Part shown: positions 17,270-26,345 of the stretch, one piece after another | Position numbering within the stretch: the stretch's first letter is position 1 | Layout: the number at the start of each line of letters is the position of its first letter | Virus record (IMG/VR): IMGVR_UViG_3300025009_000114 | Location: 1-59,414 of that record | Direction: 5' to 3' (one strand) | DNA: 59,414 nucleotides | Origin: a virus | Lineage: Duplodnaviria; Caudoviricetes | The notes under the pieces: generated by a model | The model's database searches: none | What the model was told of the DNA's origin: nothing | The model's input: only the letters and a program-made list of their open reading frames with translations | Made by a program: the position numbers and the translations under genes

Positions 17270-17524
17270 TTGTCAAATCATGAAGGAAAATGGAGTGGTA
17301 CTTTTCAGTGGTGGGATGTTTATCCTCCTGGTGAAATTAAGGTACTAGATAAAGAGGATCTTGGTTATTATGAGTCAACATATACACATCAGTTCAACTA
17401 CCTGAGAGAGAAGGGGTGGACTAGAGAAGGTGGTAAGTGGGTTTCTCCTTGTAAAAGTAGAAGTTTCTCTAAGGTTGTAGATGCTTATAACTATCAAAGG
17501 TATTTCATAGAGGTGCTAAAATGA
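17270..17524 (+). CDS. Hypothetical protein
   Basis: ORF after GAGG; coupled to next gene. Confidence 0.55.
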   Translation: MSNHEGKWSGTFQWWDVYPPGEIKVLDKEDLGYYESTYTHQFNYLREKGWTREGGKWVSPCKSRSFSKVVDAYNYQRYFIEVLK

Positions 17525-17712
17525 AAATAGAATTTGAAATAAAACCATCACAGGATACTGATGCTGGTTTTCTGTTCCTTGGAGATACTATCACCCTATC
17601 AGTAGAGAGTGGGTTTCCTGGTGGTTCTCCTGGTGAGTTTGAGGACCACATGCTTGACTCGTTGAAAGAATGGTATGAACCTTATAAGGTGCGAATAGTT
17701 TCTATTAGATAA
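17521..17712 (+). CDS. Hypothetical protein
   Basis: GAGGTG SD. Confidence 0.6.
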   Translation: MKIEFEIKPSQDTDAGFLFLGDTITLSVESGFPGGSPGEFEDHMLDSLKEWYEPYKVRIVSIR

Positions 17713-17728
17713 CTAAAAAGGAGATATT

Positions 17729-18514
17729 ATGACGACCTTATCTAATATTGATTTGGACATAGCTGTCTACATGATAGGATCTGTGTGCGATAATAAACAC
17801 TGGGTCTATAAGGGTCAGAAGTACGATAGTAAAGTACAACTCAACAAAGAACTCAAGAGAGATGGTGTAGACGATAGTTGTATAGTGTGCAAGAAGGAGC
17901 CAGAAGAGTGGGATAAGGTCAGAGAGACTGCTATTACTTTCTATGAGAACCTTATAGCCTATCTTGATTGTGATGCACAAGGACACATATCTGGTAGGGG
18001 TAACTTCAGATATGAGATAGCAACCATTCAGCCCTATAAGGGGAATAGAGATGGTGTAGAGAAGCCTTTCCACTACGATGCACTTAGGCAATTCTATGTG
18101 GATGCTTATGGAGCTAAGTTTTCTGTAGGGATGGAAGCCGATGATGCTATAGGTCTTGCCCATGACCCTGAGAAAGATATTATTGCAACTACCGATAAGG
18201 ATCTTGATTGCATCCCTGGTATTCATTTCAATTGGGATAAGGCTAGTTGTTATTATATTTCTGAGGTAGATGCTAATAGACACTTCTTCAAACAGGTGCT
18301 GATAGGAGACACTACAGATAATATCTTGGGTCTGTTTGGTGTTGGGAAGGACTCACAGCTAGTAAAGAATATCTATAAGATGTCTGATGTGAATGACATG
18401 AGGGAGTTAGTAATAGGTGAGTATAGAAAGAGATTCGGATCTCATTGGGAATTGTTTTACAATGAGACTGCTGATTTGGTGTGGATCTTACAGAAGCGAG
18501 AGTGTCCAAAGTAA
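17729..18514 (+). CDS. 5'-3' exonuclease (T7 gp6 / FEN-like)
   Basis: NFR, YKGNR, MEADDAIG, DKDL, GDTTDNI.GL.GVG. Confidence 0.9.
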   Translation: MTTLSNIDLDIAVYMIGSVCDNKHWVYKGQKYDSKVQLNKELKRDGVDDSCIVCKKEPEEWDKVRETAITFYENLIAYLDCDAQGHISGRGNFRYEIATIQPYKGNRDGVEKPFHYDALRQFYVDAYGAKFSVGMEADDAIGLAHDPEKDIIATTDKDLDCIPGIHFNWDKASCYYISEVDANRHFFKQVLIGDTTDNILGLFGVGKDSQLVKNIYKMSDVNDMRELVIGEYRKRFGSHWELFYNETADLVWILQKRECPK

Positions 18515-18719
18515 TGAAGTGTAACAATTGTAGTGCATCTTTCGATGAAGAGAAACTATTAGGTATACTGATGTCTAAAACTGTAAGAGGCATATCAGCC
18601 AGAGATAGTAGTCCATTTTTACTATGTGTCCTTCATGTGATGCAGAAACTATCAGGGACTGCAAGGGTGCTTGTAGTCACTTATATAAAACCTATTTGTT
18701 TCTGGTGCAAAAGAAATGA
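18514..18719 (+). pseudogene. Frameshifted zinc-ribbon paralog of 18716-18904
   Basis: MKCNNCSASFDEEKLLGIL... then, after a shift near 18610, SIFTMCPSC...YLFLVQKK*, matching the neighbour's SIYTVCPNC...YLFLKQKKD and ending in an ATGA overlap. Confidence 0.7.
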
Positions 18720-18904
18720 TATGCTCTAACTGTAGAAGTAGGTTTCAAAAGGAAGGACTAAGAGGGCTGTTAGTCTTTAAGGGTGATGATAGATACGGTA
18801 GTATCTATACTGTCTGTCCTAATTGTAGTGAAAAAGAAGATAGTAGCTACAAGGAGGGGTGGTTTGCTTTGAACTATTTATTCTTAAAGCAGAAGAAAGA
18901 CTAA
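18716..18904 (+). CDS. Small zinc-ribbon protein
   Basis: CSNC...CPNC. Confidence 0.7.
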   Translation: MICSNCRSRFQKEGLRGLLVFKGDDRYGSIYTVCPNCSEKEDSSYKEGWFALNYLFLKQKKD

Positions 18905-18928
18905 TGGTATGTACTAACTTTACAAGGA

Positions 18929-19399
18929 GTGAGATACAAGTTGGGTTATAAGAAAACAAAGATTCATCCGTATAAAAGCACACTAGAATATAAATTAGCA
19001 AAGGAGCTATCAGGATATACATACGAACCACCAGAAATAAAAGTATCCTACTCTGTCCATCATCATTATGTCCCTGACTTTGTGCATCCTGATAGCACTG
19101 ATATCCTATTAGAAGCTAAAGGTTATTTTATCAAAGGACACAGTGACTGTCAGAAGTACCTCGCAGTAGTAAGAGATAATCCCGACAAGGAACTTATCTT
19201 TATCTTTTCAGATCCCAATAAGAAAGCATATCCACAGTGTAGAGTCAGAAAGGATGGTACTTTCCTGACACTAGGTGACTGGTGCAGACAGAATAACATA
19301 TTGTGCTTTAAGGTGGGAGAGATGCCAGAAGATCTTATTAAAGGCGCTTGGAGGGTTGAAGATGCTAGGAAATTCAAGGAGGGGCTGTATGGGTGCTAA
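18929..19399 (+). CDS. T7 endonuclease I-like Holliday junction resolvase
   Basis: YKSTLE, YE, YVPDF, LLEAKG (PD-(D/E)xK). Confidence 0.85.
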   Translation: MRYKLGYKKTKIHPYKSTLEYKLAKELSGYTYEPPEIKVSYSVHHHYVPDFVHPDSTDILLEAKGYFIKGHSDCQKYLAVVRDNPDKELIFIFSDPNKKAYPQCRVRKDGTFLTLGDWCRQNNILCFKVGEMPEDLIKGAWRVEDARKFKEGLYGC

Positions 19400-19417
19400 T
19401 AGGGGAGGTAATGTTAA

Positions 19418-21070
19418 TTGACAAAACGTTTTAACAACTGTCGGGTTTTAGTTCTTTCAGATACTCACGCTCCATATCATCACAAGGGTACTCTTGACTT
19501 TCTATCTGCTGTTAATGCAGAGTACAACCCTGATAGGGTTGTCCACGCGGGCGATTGCGGAGATATATACTCGATTTCCGAGTACCCTAAAGATTTGGAA
19601 CATAGAGATACATGGAGTGATGAGATAAAAGGTCTTAGGAAGTTTGTAAAAGAACTTGGATCTTTATTTCCAAGGGTAGATCTTCTTGAGAGTAATCATG
19701 ATTGCTTTGACAGAGAGACAGAAATATTAACAAGGTCGGGTTTTATTCCTTTTGAATCTCTAGAAGATGGTGTGGAGGTAGGTACACTTAATTTATCTAC
19801 TAATGAAATTGAGTATCAGTTTCCAACAAAAGTTACTAGAGACTTTTATAGTGGAGATATGGTTAGGATTAACGGAGCCACTTCTATTGATCTACTAGTA
19901 ACCCCAAACCACAGGTTGTATGCATCCAGGCAAACCAGAGGACACTTTAGGATGCAAACAGCAGAGGAGCTATTGAACAGCAAGTGCAATAAGCTTTTCA
20001 CAAAAGATGCAGGTGTAAATAACAAACCAGAGTACGATATAGATGACGAAACTCTAAAGTTAGTTGGTTGGTATTTAACAGATGCTTCTTTCAGAGGAAA
20101 TACTATTGTGTTCCTACAGAGGAAATCTAACTACAAAAAGATAACAGATCTTTTAGATTGTAAAGGGATTCCCTATAAGCTGTACGAAAAAGATTCCTCA
20201 AGGATTACACATATTTGTGGTAAGGAATTAAAGAAAGTCCCCGAAAACCAAATGGTAATTTCTATCAAGGCTAGTGAACTTAACCATCTAGTTCCTAACA
20301 GATACAAGTTACCAGATTGGTTGTACAATCTTTCTAAGAGACAAGTAGATATTCTACTTAGTGTTCTTATAGATGCTGATGGATCTACTTACACTCAAAA
20401 CAGGAAGGCTCTTGTATTGTACGGGACGTATGATTTTGTTGATCAGGTTCAAAGACTTCTTCTCCACTCTGGATATAGAGCAACTATAAGATGTTATAGA
20501 GGTAAGGATTGGAAGTTAAACATCACAGAAAGAGTAGAATCTTGCTCTTATAAGTTCAAGAATCATATCAATACTCAAGAGTATACAGGACCAATCTATT
20601 GTGCAACCGTACCAAATGACACTCTTATTGTAAGGAGAAATGGAAAAATATCTATCACTGGAAACTCAAGACCGTATAGAAAGTCTGTAGTGGCTGGCAT
20701 TCCAAGAGAGTTTCTAGTCAAGTACCTAGATGTGATAGGTGCTCCACCAGACTGGAAGATACACTCTTCTCTGAACATTACAGTAGATGCTGACAGATCT
20801 AATTGGACAATGGTCCATAGTTTTGGGGGGAGCAATGCTCTAAATGTAGCGAAGCACAAAGCCACTAACATAATTATGGGCCACCACCATAGTCGAAGTG
20901 GAATAGCATCCTTCAACAATGGAAAAAAAGTGGTGCACGGAATAGATACTGGTTGTCTTATCTCAGACTCTGGTTCTCCATATCGCTACAATCGTCTTGA
21001 TATTGGAAGACCTATTAGATCTGTTGTGATGATCATAGAGGGTGTACCACAGATTATACCTATGAGGTAA
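19418..21070 (+). CDS. Calcineurin-like metallophosphoesterase precursor containing an intein
   Basis: SDTH, GDCGD, SNHD, GHHH motifs flank an intein. Confidence 0.85.
   Translation: MTKRFNNCRVLVLSDTHAPYHHKGTLDFLSAVNAEYNPDRVVHAGDCGDIYSISEYPKDLEHRDTWSDEIKGLRKFVKELGSLFPRVDLLESNHDCFDRETEILTRSGFIPFESLEDGVEVGTLNLSTNEIEYQFPTKVTRDFYSGDMVRINGATSIDLLVTPNHRLYASRQTRGHFRMQTAEELLNSKCNKLFTKDAGVNNKPEYDIDDETLKLVGWYLTDASFRGNTIVFLQRKSNYKKITDLLDCKGIPYKLYEKDSSRITHICGKELKKVPENQMVISIKASELNHLVPNRYKLPDWLYNLSKRQVDILLSVLIDADGSTYTQNRKALVLYGTYDFVDQVQRLLLHSGYRATIRCYRGKDWKLNITERVESCSYKFKNHINTQEYTGPIYCATVPNDTLIVRRNGKISITGNSRPYRKSVVAGIPREFLVKYLDVIGAPPDWKIHSSLNITVDADRSNWTMVHSFGGSNALNVAKHKATNIIMGHHHSRSGIASFNNGKKVVHGIDTGCLISDSGSPYRYNRLDIGRPIRSVVMIIEGVPQIIPMR
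19703..20665 (+). mobile_element. Intein (321 aa) with LAGLIDADG endonuclease
   Basis: Block A CFDRETEILT; block B VTPNHRLY; blocks C/E LVGWYLTDAS and LLSVLIDADG; block F YCATVPN; ends ITGN followed by Ser+1. Confidence 0.92.
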
Positions 21071-21072
21071 CA

Positions 21073-21313
21073 ATGAAACCCTTTGAGAAGGCTATCATGG
21101 TTCTTATGGCAACTCTTATTATCTCTTATGTTCTGTTTTAAACTCTATTGCGTAGACGAGACAATAATAACTTCCCCTCCTATAGCTCCTAACAATCCTA
21201 ATCACTCTTATAATGATAGGAGTATATGGAAAGACATACACAGGTTTTGTACTGGTCTTGTAAAGAGAGATAAGAGTGTGTTGAGATATTCAATAATCAC
21301 TATCAGGGATTAA
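21073..21313 (+). pseudogene. Probably frameshifted membrane-anchored protein
   Basis: GAGGT SD then MKPFEKAIMVLMATLIISYVLF*; removing one T from T4 at 21136-21139 continues FKLYCVDET... to 21313. Confidence 0.45.
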
Positions 21314-21316
21314 CCA

Positions 21317-22567
21317 ATGGATAAATCAGTACGAATATATCTCATATGGTCAGAAGAGAGAGACCCTATAGGTACTAACAGAGTCCGCTCATTTCCCCAC
21401 ATAGGTGCTCTAGAAGACTTCCTATTAGCCCTAGACAGCACCAATGTGAAGTCTGTTAAGATACTAAGTGGTATTCTTCTAGAAGAGAGGGAATGAGCAA
21501 GGGAGGCTACTGTGGACGTATCCTTACAGTGATTAATAAGAATCATAAAGAATACGTCCTAGTCCAAGCAGGAAACTATTACACAACTATTTCTGAGTGT
21601 GACTTTGAGAAGTCATTAGATATGTGGATGGAAGATACAGAAGAGAATAACATTTATCAACTATGGTGGAACAATGATCTGGTATAAAAGATTCTGGATG
21701 TGGATTAAAGCACTGTTCGGTGTGATAGATAAGATAGAACCTGTTATTGATAAGGTGCAAGAGGTTTCTAAAAGGGTGAGTAAGAAATGAGCTACACTAG
21801 AACCGAGGAGATTGTGGTTTATGAAACACTTACTTGTATAAAATGTGGTAAAAGATTTAGATTTACTAATAACGAAAGTGAATATGCTAAAAGCAAAATG
21901 AAAGAGCACACCTTACAGTGTGATTGTCTGCATGATTGGTCAGATTGGAGTACATTTAATATAGGTACATGGCCAGATTATGAACCATACTCAGTAAGGT
22001 ATTGCTCGAAGTGTAATAAGAAAGAGGTAAGATAAAAGAAATGAAAGTAACTGTCGATATCTTTGGATGTGATTGGTGCCCATATAGAGAGTATATTCCA
22101 GAGTACCAAAGTGGACCTTGCTGTAACCACCCACAAGGAAGTCCAAAGATTATTGGATACGATTTAATACCAGACGATTGTCCAGAAAAGATCATGCAAG
22201 AGTTGGAAGGAGAGAAAATGATTGAGATCCTAGTGAAGGAGTACAAAAGTCTTTTAGAGTCTCAAAAGGCTCTTGATGCACTTGAAGCTGCTGGTGTAGA
22301 TAATTGGGAAGGTTATGAGGACGCTGTAGCTTGGCTAGAAGAGGATGAAGAATGATAAGAATAAATTGCAGTAAGTGCAGTAAGCCCATTGAAGTAACTA
22401 CTCTCTCCACAGAGGGACCATATGATCTTTACGATCAACCTAGTATTCCTTATTGGGTAAAGGTATCTCTTGATGGGACTATGATTATCTGTGGGTGCTG
22501 TAAGCACCAGAGTAGGTTTGAGTATGATCATGTGTATGATCAGCTGGAGGTTGTAAATGAAAGTTAA
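21317..22567 (+). other. Cluster of small coupled hypothetical ORFs (21317-21496, 21493-21687, 21787-22035, 22041-22355, 22352-22567), several with CxxC
   Basis: Several ATGA-coupled ORFs with SDs. Confidence 0.6.
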
Positions 22568-22970
22568 ACTTATCCATCCAGACGCTATAGTCCCTACCAG
22601 AGCCACACCTTGGAGTGCTGGTTGGGATCTGTATGCAGTGGAAGACACTCTTATTATTCCTGGTGCATCTGAAGTTATCCTCCTTGGTATAGCAGTAGAT
22701 GTTGGTAGAGATAACTTTGGGTTACTTACTCACAGATCTTCTTTTGGTTTTAAGTTGGACACCATTTCTTCCTTCGGGGTTATAGATGCTGATTATACCA
22801 ATGAAGTTAAAGTAAAATTATTTAACTTAGGGGTTGATGGGGTACATATCAAGAAGGGTGATAGGGTTGCTCAGTTGCTTGTAGTCCCTGTAGATATGAG
22901 AAGCGTAGAGGTGGTAGAAGAGTTAGAGGAAACCACTAGGAAGGGGGGTCTAGGCTGGTCTGGAAAATAA
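22557..22970 (+). CDS. dut: Trimeric dUTPase
   Basis: AGWDL, RSS, GVIDADY, GDRVAQL, RKGGLGWSG. Confidence 0.92.
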   Translation: MKVKLIHPDAIVPTRATPWSAGWDLYAVEDTLIIPGASEVILLGIAVDVGRDNFGLLTHRSSFGFKLDTISSFGVIDADYTNEVKVKLFNLGVDGVHIKKGDRVAQLLVVPVDMRSVEVVEELEETTRKGGLGWSGK

Positions 22971-22973
22971 CTA

Positions 22974-23810
22974 ATGGTTAATGGAAGAAAAGTAAGAACA
23001 TTTTGTGCTAATAGAACCTGTGTGGTCCGCACTTGCTCTCGTAACCTGTGCCACCACACAGGACGCTATTACCGCAACACTAATTGGATACGACTGGGCC
23101 CACTAGACTGTGAGCTATATAAAGGATTGGAAAGATATGCCTCCTTATTTGAAAAGGATATCCCTGATAGTCCTGATAGTGTGGATGAGCTTGATGAACT
23201 ATCAGGGCTATCAGATGCAGAAGCAGATTGACCAGCAAGGAGAAGCACTTCTACAAGTGTCTAGTGCTACAGTTAATAATATGTTTGATATTGCAAGACT
23301 GTCAGAGGAAAGGAGAAGGGGTCTATGAGCACTAAAGAACCTTGCGACCATATGATAGGGTATAAGATCATAGAAGATGAAGACTATGGGGAGGAGATCT
23401 ATATCCCTGTGTATACATCTGATGATGAATTTCCGGACGAAGAATTTACCTATTGTCCACACTGTTCGGAGAAACTGTGATACATTGGTTTACTTATAGT
23501 TGGTGGAAATATCTTCTTGCTGCTAAAGCTGATGAAGGGATTAGTTGGTTTACTACTATTCATTGTAGATCTACTGGTCATAGATGTGGTCCTGTGTATT
23601 ACAATCCAACAGGACTTGAGCCTGACATGACATGCAAAAAATGTGGGGATGACTTGGGGTGAGTGTAACATTATATCTTATATGCGTTTCTTGTGGCGCT
23701 GTATTTGACCTCTATCTTCCAATCGACATATGCAATCAATGTGGTGGGGAATTGTATACAGATACTTATCCACTGAAGAAAGAGAGAGTTGAGATTCAGG
23801 AGAAAGACTA
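22974..23810 (+). other. Cluster of small hypothetical ORFs (incl. 23110-23328 membrane/coiled-coil and 23453-23662)
   Basis: Short overlapping ORFs; starts uncertain. Confidence 0.45.
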
Positions 23811-24065
23811 ATGGCCATATACATGTACGTGTGTGAACACTGTTACCTAAAATGGGAAGACATTCAACCCATAACCCTACGAGATCTCCCCACCACACTA
23901 CCATGCCCTCGTTGCCAGGAGTATGAGGTGAAAAGAGTACCTGCTAGGGTGAGCTTTGTGGTGAAAGAAGGTGCTTGTGGAAATGCATCTACAGGATATA
24001 GCTCAACAGTGGGCGATGCTGAACGCTTCAAGGCTAAAAGTGAAGGGAGGAAATCAGAATACTAA
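23811..24065 (+). CDS. FmdB-like zinc-ribbon protein
   Basis: MAIYMYVCEHC...CPRC...VKRV. Confidence 0.75.
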   Translation: MAIYMYVCEHCYLKWEDIQPITLRDLPTTLPCPRCQEYEVKRVPARVSFVVKEGACGNASTGYSSTVGDAERFKAKSEGRKSEY

Positions 24066-24397
24066 TGGTGATAGAAGCTAAGTGTAGTGAGTGCGGAACT
24101 AGGTATGATTCTAACAGTATAGTGTGTTGCCCTTATTGTCATAGTGTTACTATTGTTAATGAGGATACCTATAAGGAAAAGGCTTTGAACCCATTAGATA
24201 TCCAAATCCAAGGAACTCATTATAAGAGTTACAAGATTCAACCTACAGAATACAATCAGCTTAATAAGATCCCTTGGTGTGAGGCTAATGTTATTAAGTA
24301 TGTAACTAGGCATAGAGATAAGAATGGTCTAGAAGACTTGAAGAAAGCTAAGCACTATATAGACATACTTATAGCCCTTGAGTATAGAGATAAATAA
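24065..24397 (+). CDS. DUF3310 / T7 gp1.7-like protein with N-terminal zinc ribbon
   Basis: GTHY, ANVIKYVTR, KNGLEDLKKAKHY. Confidence 0.8.
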   Translation: MVIEAKCSECGTRYDSNSIVCCPYCHSVTIVNEDTYKEKALNPLDIQIQGTHYKSYKIQPTEYNQLNKIPWCEANVIKYVTRHRDKNGLEDLKKAKHYIDILIALEYRDK

Positions 24398-24494
24398 TGT
24401 TCTTTACTGAATTGTATTTCTTCTTTAAGTGTGTTGGTATCTTTATTATGATGGGGCTAGTTGGTTTCCTTCTTTATCTGAATATTAAGAACAA

Positions 24495-24998
24495 TTGAGA
24501 CCCTATCAGAACCACTTAGGGCTATCAGCTATTAGATCTAAATGTATCCTAATAGCTGATGGTCCTTCCAAAGAGATTATCCTTTCAGATCCTACCATAG
24601 TTACAGAAGAATATTCAGTGGCTGTAGTTAATCAGGTAGGGCATCGGTGGCCTCACAGAAAAGACTATTGGTTCTCCTTGCACCCTGAGTTTCTACCAGA
24701 GTGGAAGAAGAATGCAGAGAACCTATTAGGGTGTGTCTTCGTAGGTTTCAAGAATCCACATTTAGACTTATCGCCTGATATCTACAGAAACACCAACTAT
24801 CGTATCTTCACTTGAGGTACATCTGCTTTATTCTCTGTAGAGAATCTAATAGCTATTGGGTACAAGGAGATCCATATGTATGGTGTGGACCTTAATGTAC
24901 ATCCTTACTTAAATCATAGGAAGATCTGGAAGGGGTTGTTTGAAGACTTGAAAGAACTAGATGTGAAGTTGATAAACAAAGGGGGTATATGGATATAA
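24495..24998 (+). pseudogene. Rossmann-like transferase-type gene interrupted by an in-frame TGA at 24813-24815
   Basis: Frame continues after TGA as GTSALFSVENLIAIGYKEIHMYGVDL to a stop at 24998; N-part has ILIADGPS and AVVN. Confidence 0.65.
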
Positions 24999-25523
24999 GT
25001 AAAGTAGAGAAAGATATAATTCAAATGGAAGATGGATACTATTATTTCTGTCCTGGGAATGGTGGTGGAATTTCTTCAAAAGAGTTGAGAGAAATAGCAG
25101 ACTACCTAGACAAGAAGAATTCTGATTGGGATGATAAGTTCAAAGAGTATTGGAAAACAATAAAGTTAAACTCAACAACGAGCTTATAGAAATGATAGAT
25201 CATATTAGCTACGATAAAATAAAAGAACTTCTTCCAGATGGTCAGATCTACGATTTAAGACTAGATCTTGCAGATGTTTTAAACTATCTGATAGATAAGA
25301 TAAACAAAGAACTAGAAGACAAGAAGAAATGATAGAAGAAACAATAGGCTATCTGGATCTGAATGGGAAGATGTTTAAGCACAAAGAGGTAGCTATAGAG
25401 TCTAGCCTACAGTCTTTAATTATGTCTGATATTGTACCTGAAGAGTCTTTCTTTTCTATTAGTCAGGTTAGAAAGAACAAGAAGAAGATTATAGAACTGT
25501 TGGAGATGTTAGATGAAAGTTAA
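24989..25523 (+). other. Three small hypothetical ORFs (24989-25189, 25150-25332, 25329-25523)
   Basis: Overlapping ORFs in operon orientation. Confidence 0.55.
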
Positions 25524-26034
25524 AGTTCTAAAAGAAGCAGGGTTCGATGAGGCTTTGTTTGGTATCTCTCTGAGTTATAAGTCAACACCAGACAAGAAGG
25601 TTGCTGACAGGCTTGCTTGGAAACAAGGTGGACACAATAAGTTCTTAGAGAGCATAATCGTATGGTTAGACGTAACAGCACCTAGATATTGGTGGCAAGA
25701 AGCAGACACTTACAGATTAACCAGCAAGCAATCAGAAGCTACTATCCATACAATACAAAGAAGAACCCTAACAGCAGATGACTTTGTAGATGGAGATATA
25801 GACTCTGTTATTCTCTCTAGGTTGAATGATATTATCTTAGAAGGTAACTTACTTAAAATCAAGAGGAATTTACCTGAAGGGTTCTTACAAAGGAGAGAGT
25901 GGAGATTAGACTACAAGACCTTACAGAATATGTGTATGCAAAGGAAGTCTCATAGGTTGCCAGAGTGGCAATTGTTTATTAGTTCCTTACAGGAACAGTT
26001 GGCACATCCTTACTATGTGGTGAGGCCAGAATGA
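25513..26034 (+). CDS. ThyX-like (flavin-dependent thymidylate synthase family) protein
   Basis: GHNKFLE, APRYWWQEADTYR, LPEGFLQ, YKTLQN...RKSHRLPEW; divergent from the canonical RHRx7S. Confidence 0.65.
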   Translation: MKVKVLKEAGFDEALFGISLSYKSTPDKKVADRLAWKQGGHNKFLESIIVWLDVTAPRYWWQEADTYRLTSKQSEATIHTIQRRTLTADDFVDGDIDSVILSRLNDIILEGNLLKIKRNLPEGFLQRREWRLDYKTLQNMCMQRKSHRLPEWQLFISSLQEQLAHPYYVVRPE

Positions 26035-26345
26035 TAGGTGCTATCAGAGAGCTATGTAAGAGAATAGATCCTAATAGATCCCCTCTCTGGCCTACAGTGC
26101 GTAAGGAAGTGATAGCCCGTGATAGGTTCTGTAAGGCTTGTGGAAAGAAACATAACCTTCAAGTACACCACATAGTTCCTTTCAGGGTACTGCCAGAAAG
26201 AGAGTTAGATAAAACAAACCTAATAACCCTATGTGGAAGATGTCACCTGATGATAGGGCATCTAGATTATTGGAAAGCATACAATCTCAGTGTGGTTGAG
26301 GATGCTAATAGGGTACTGATGAGGATAAGGAGGAGAGCTGTTTGA
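26031..26345 (+). CDS. HNH endonuclease
   Basis: CKAC...VHHI...NLITLCGRCH. Confidence 0.85.
   Translation: MIGAIRELCKRIDPNRSPLWPTVRKEVIARDRFCKACGKKHNLQVHHIVPFRVLPERELDKTNLITLCGRCHLMIGHLDYWKAYNLSVVEDANRVLMRIRRRAV

Noticed and set aside
24813-24815. Genome-wide TGA recoding or selenocysteine
   Set aside because: TGA is used as a normal stop in many ATGA overlaps, only one in-frame case was found, and no SECIS-like hairpin or suppressor tRNA was evident.
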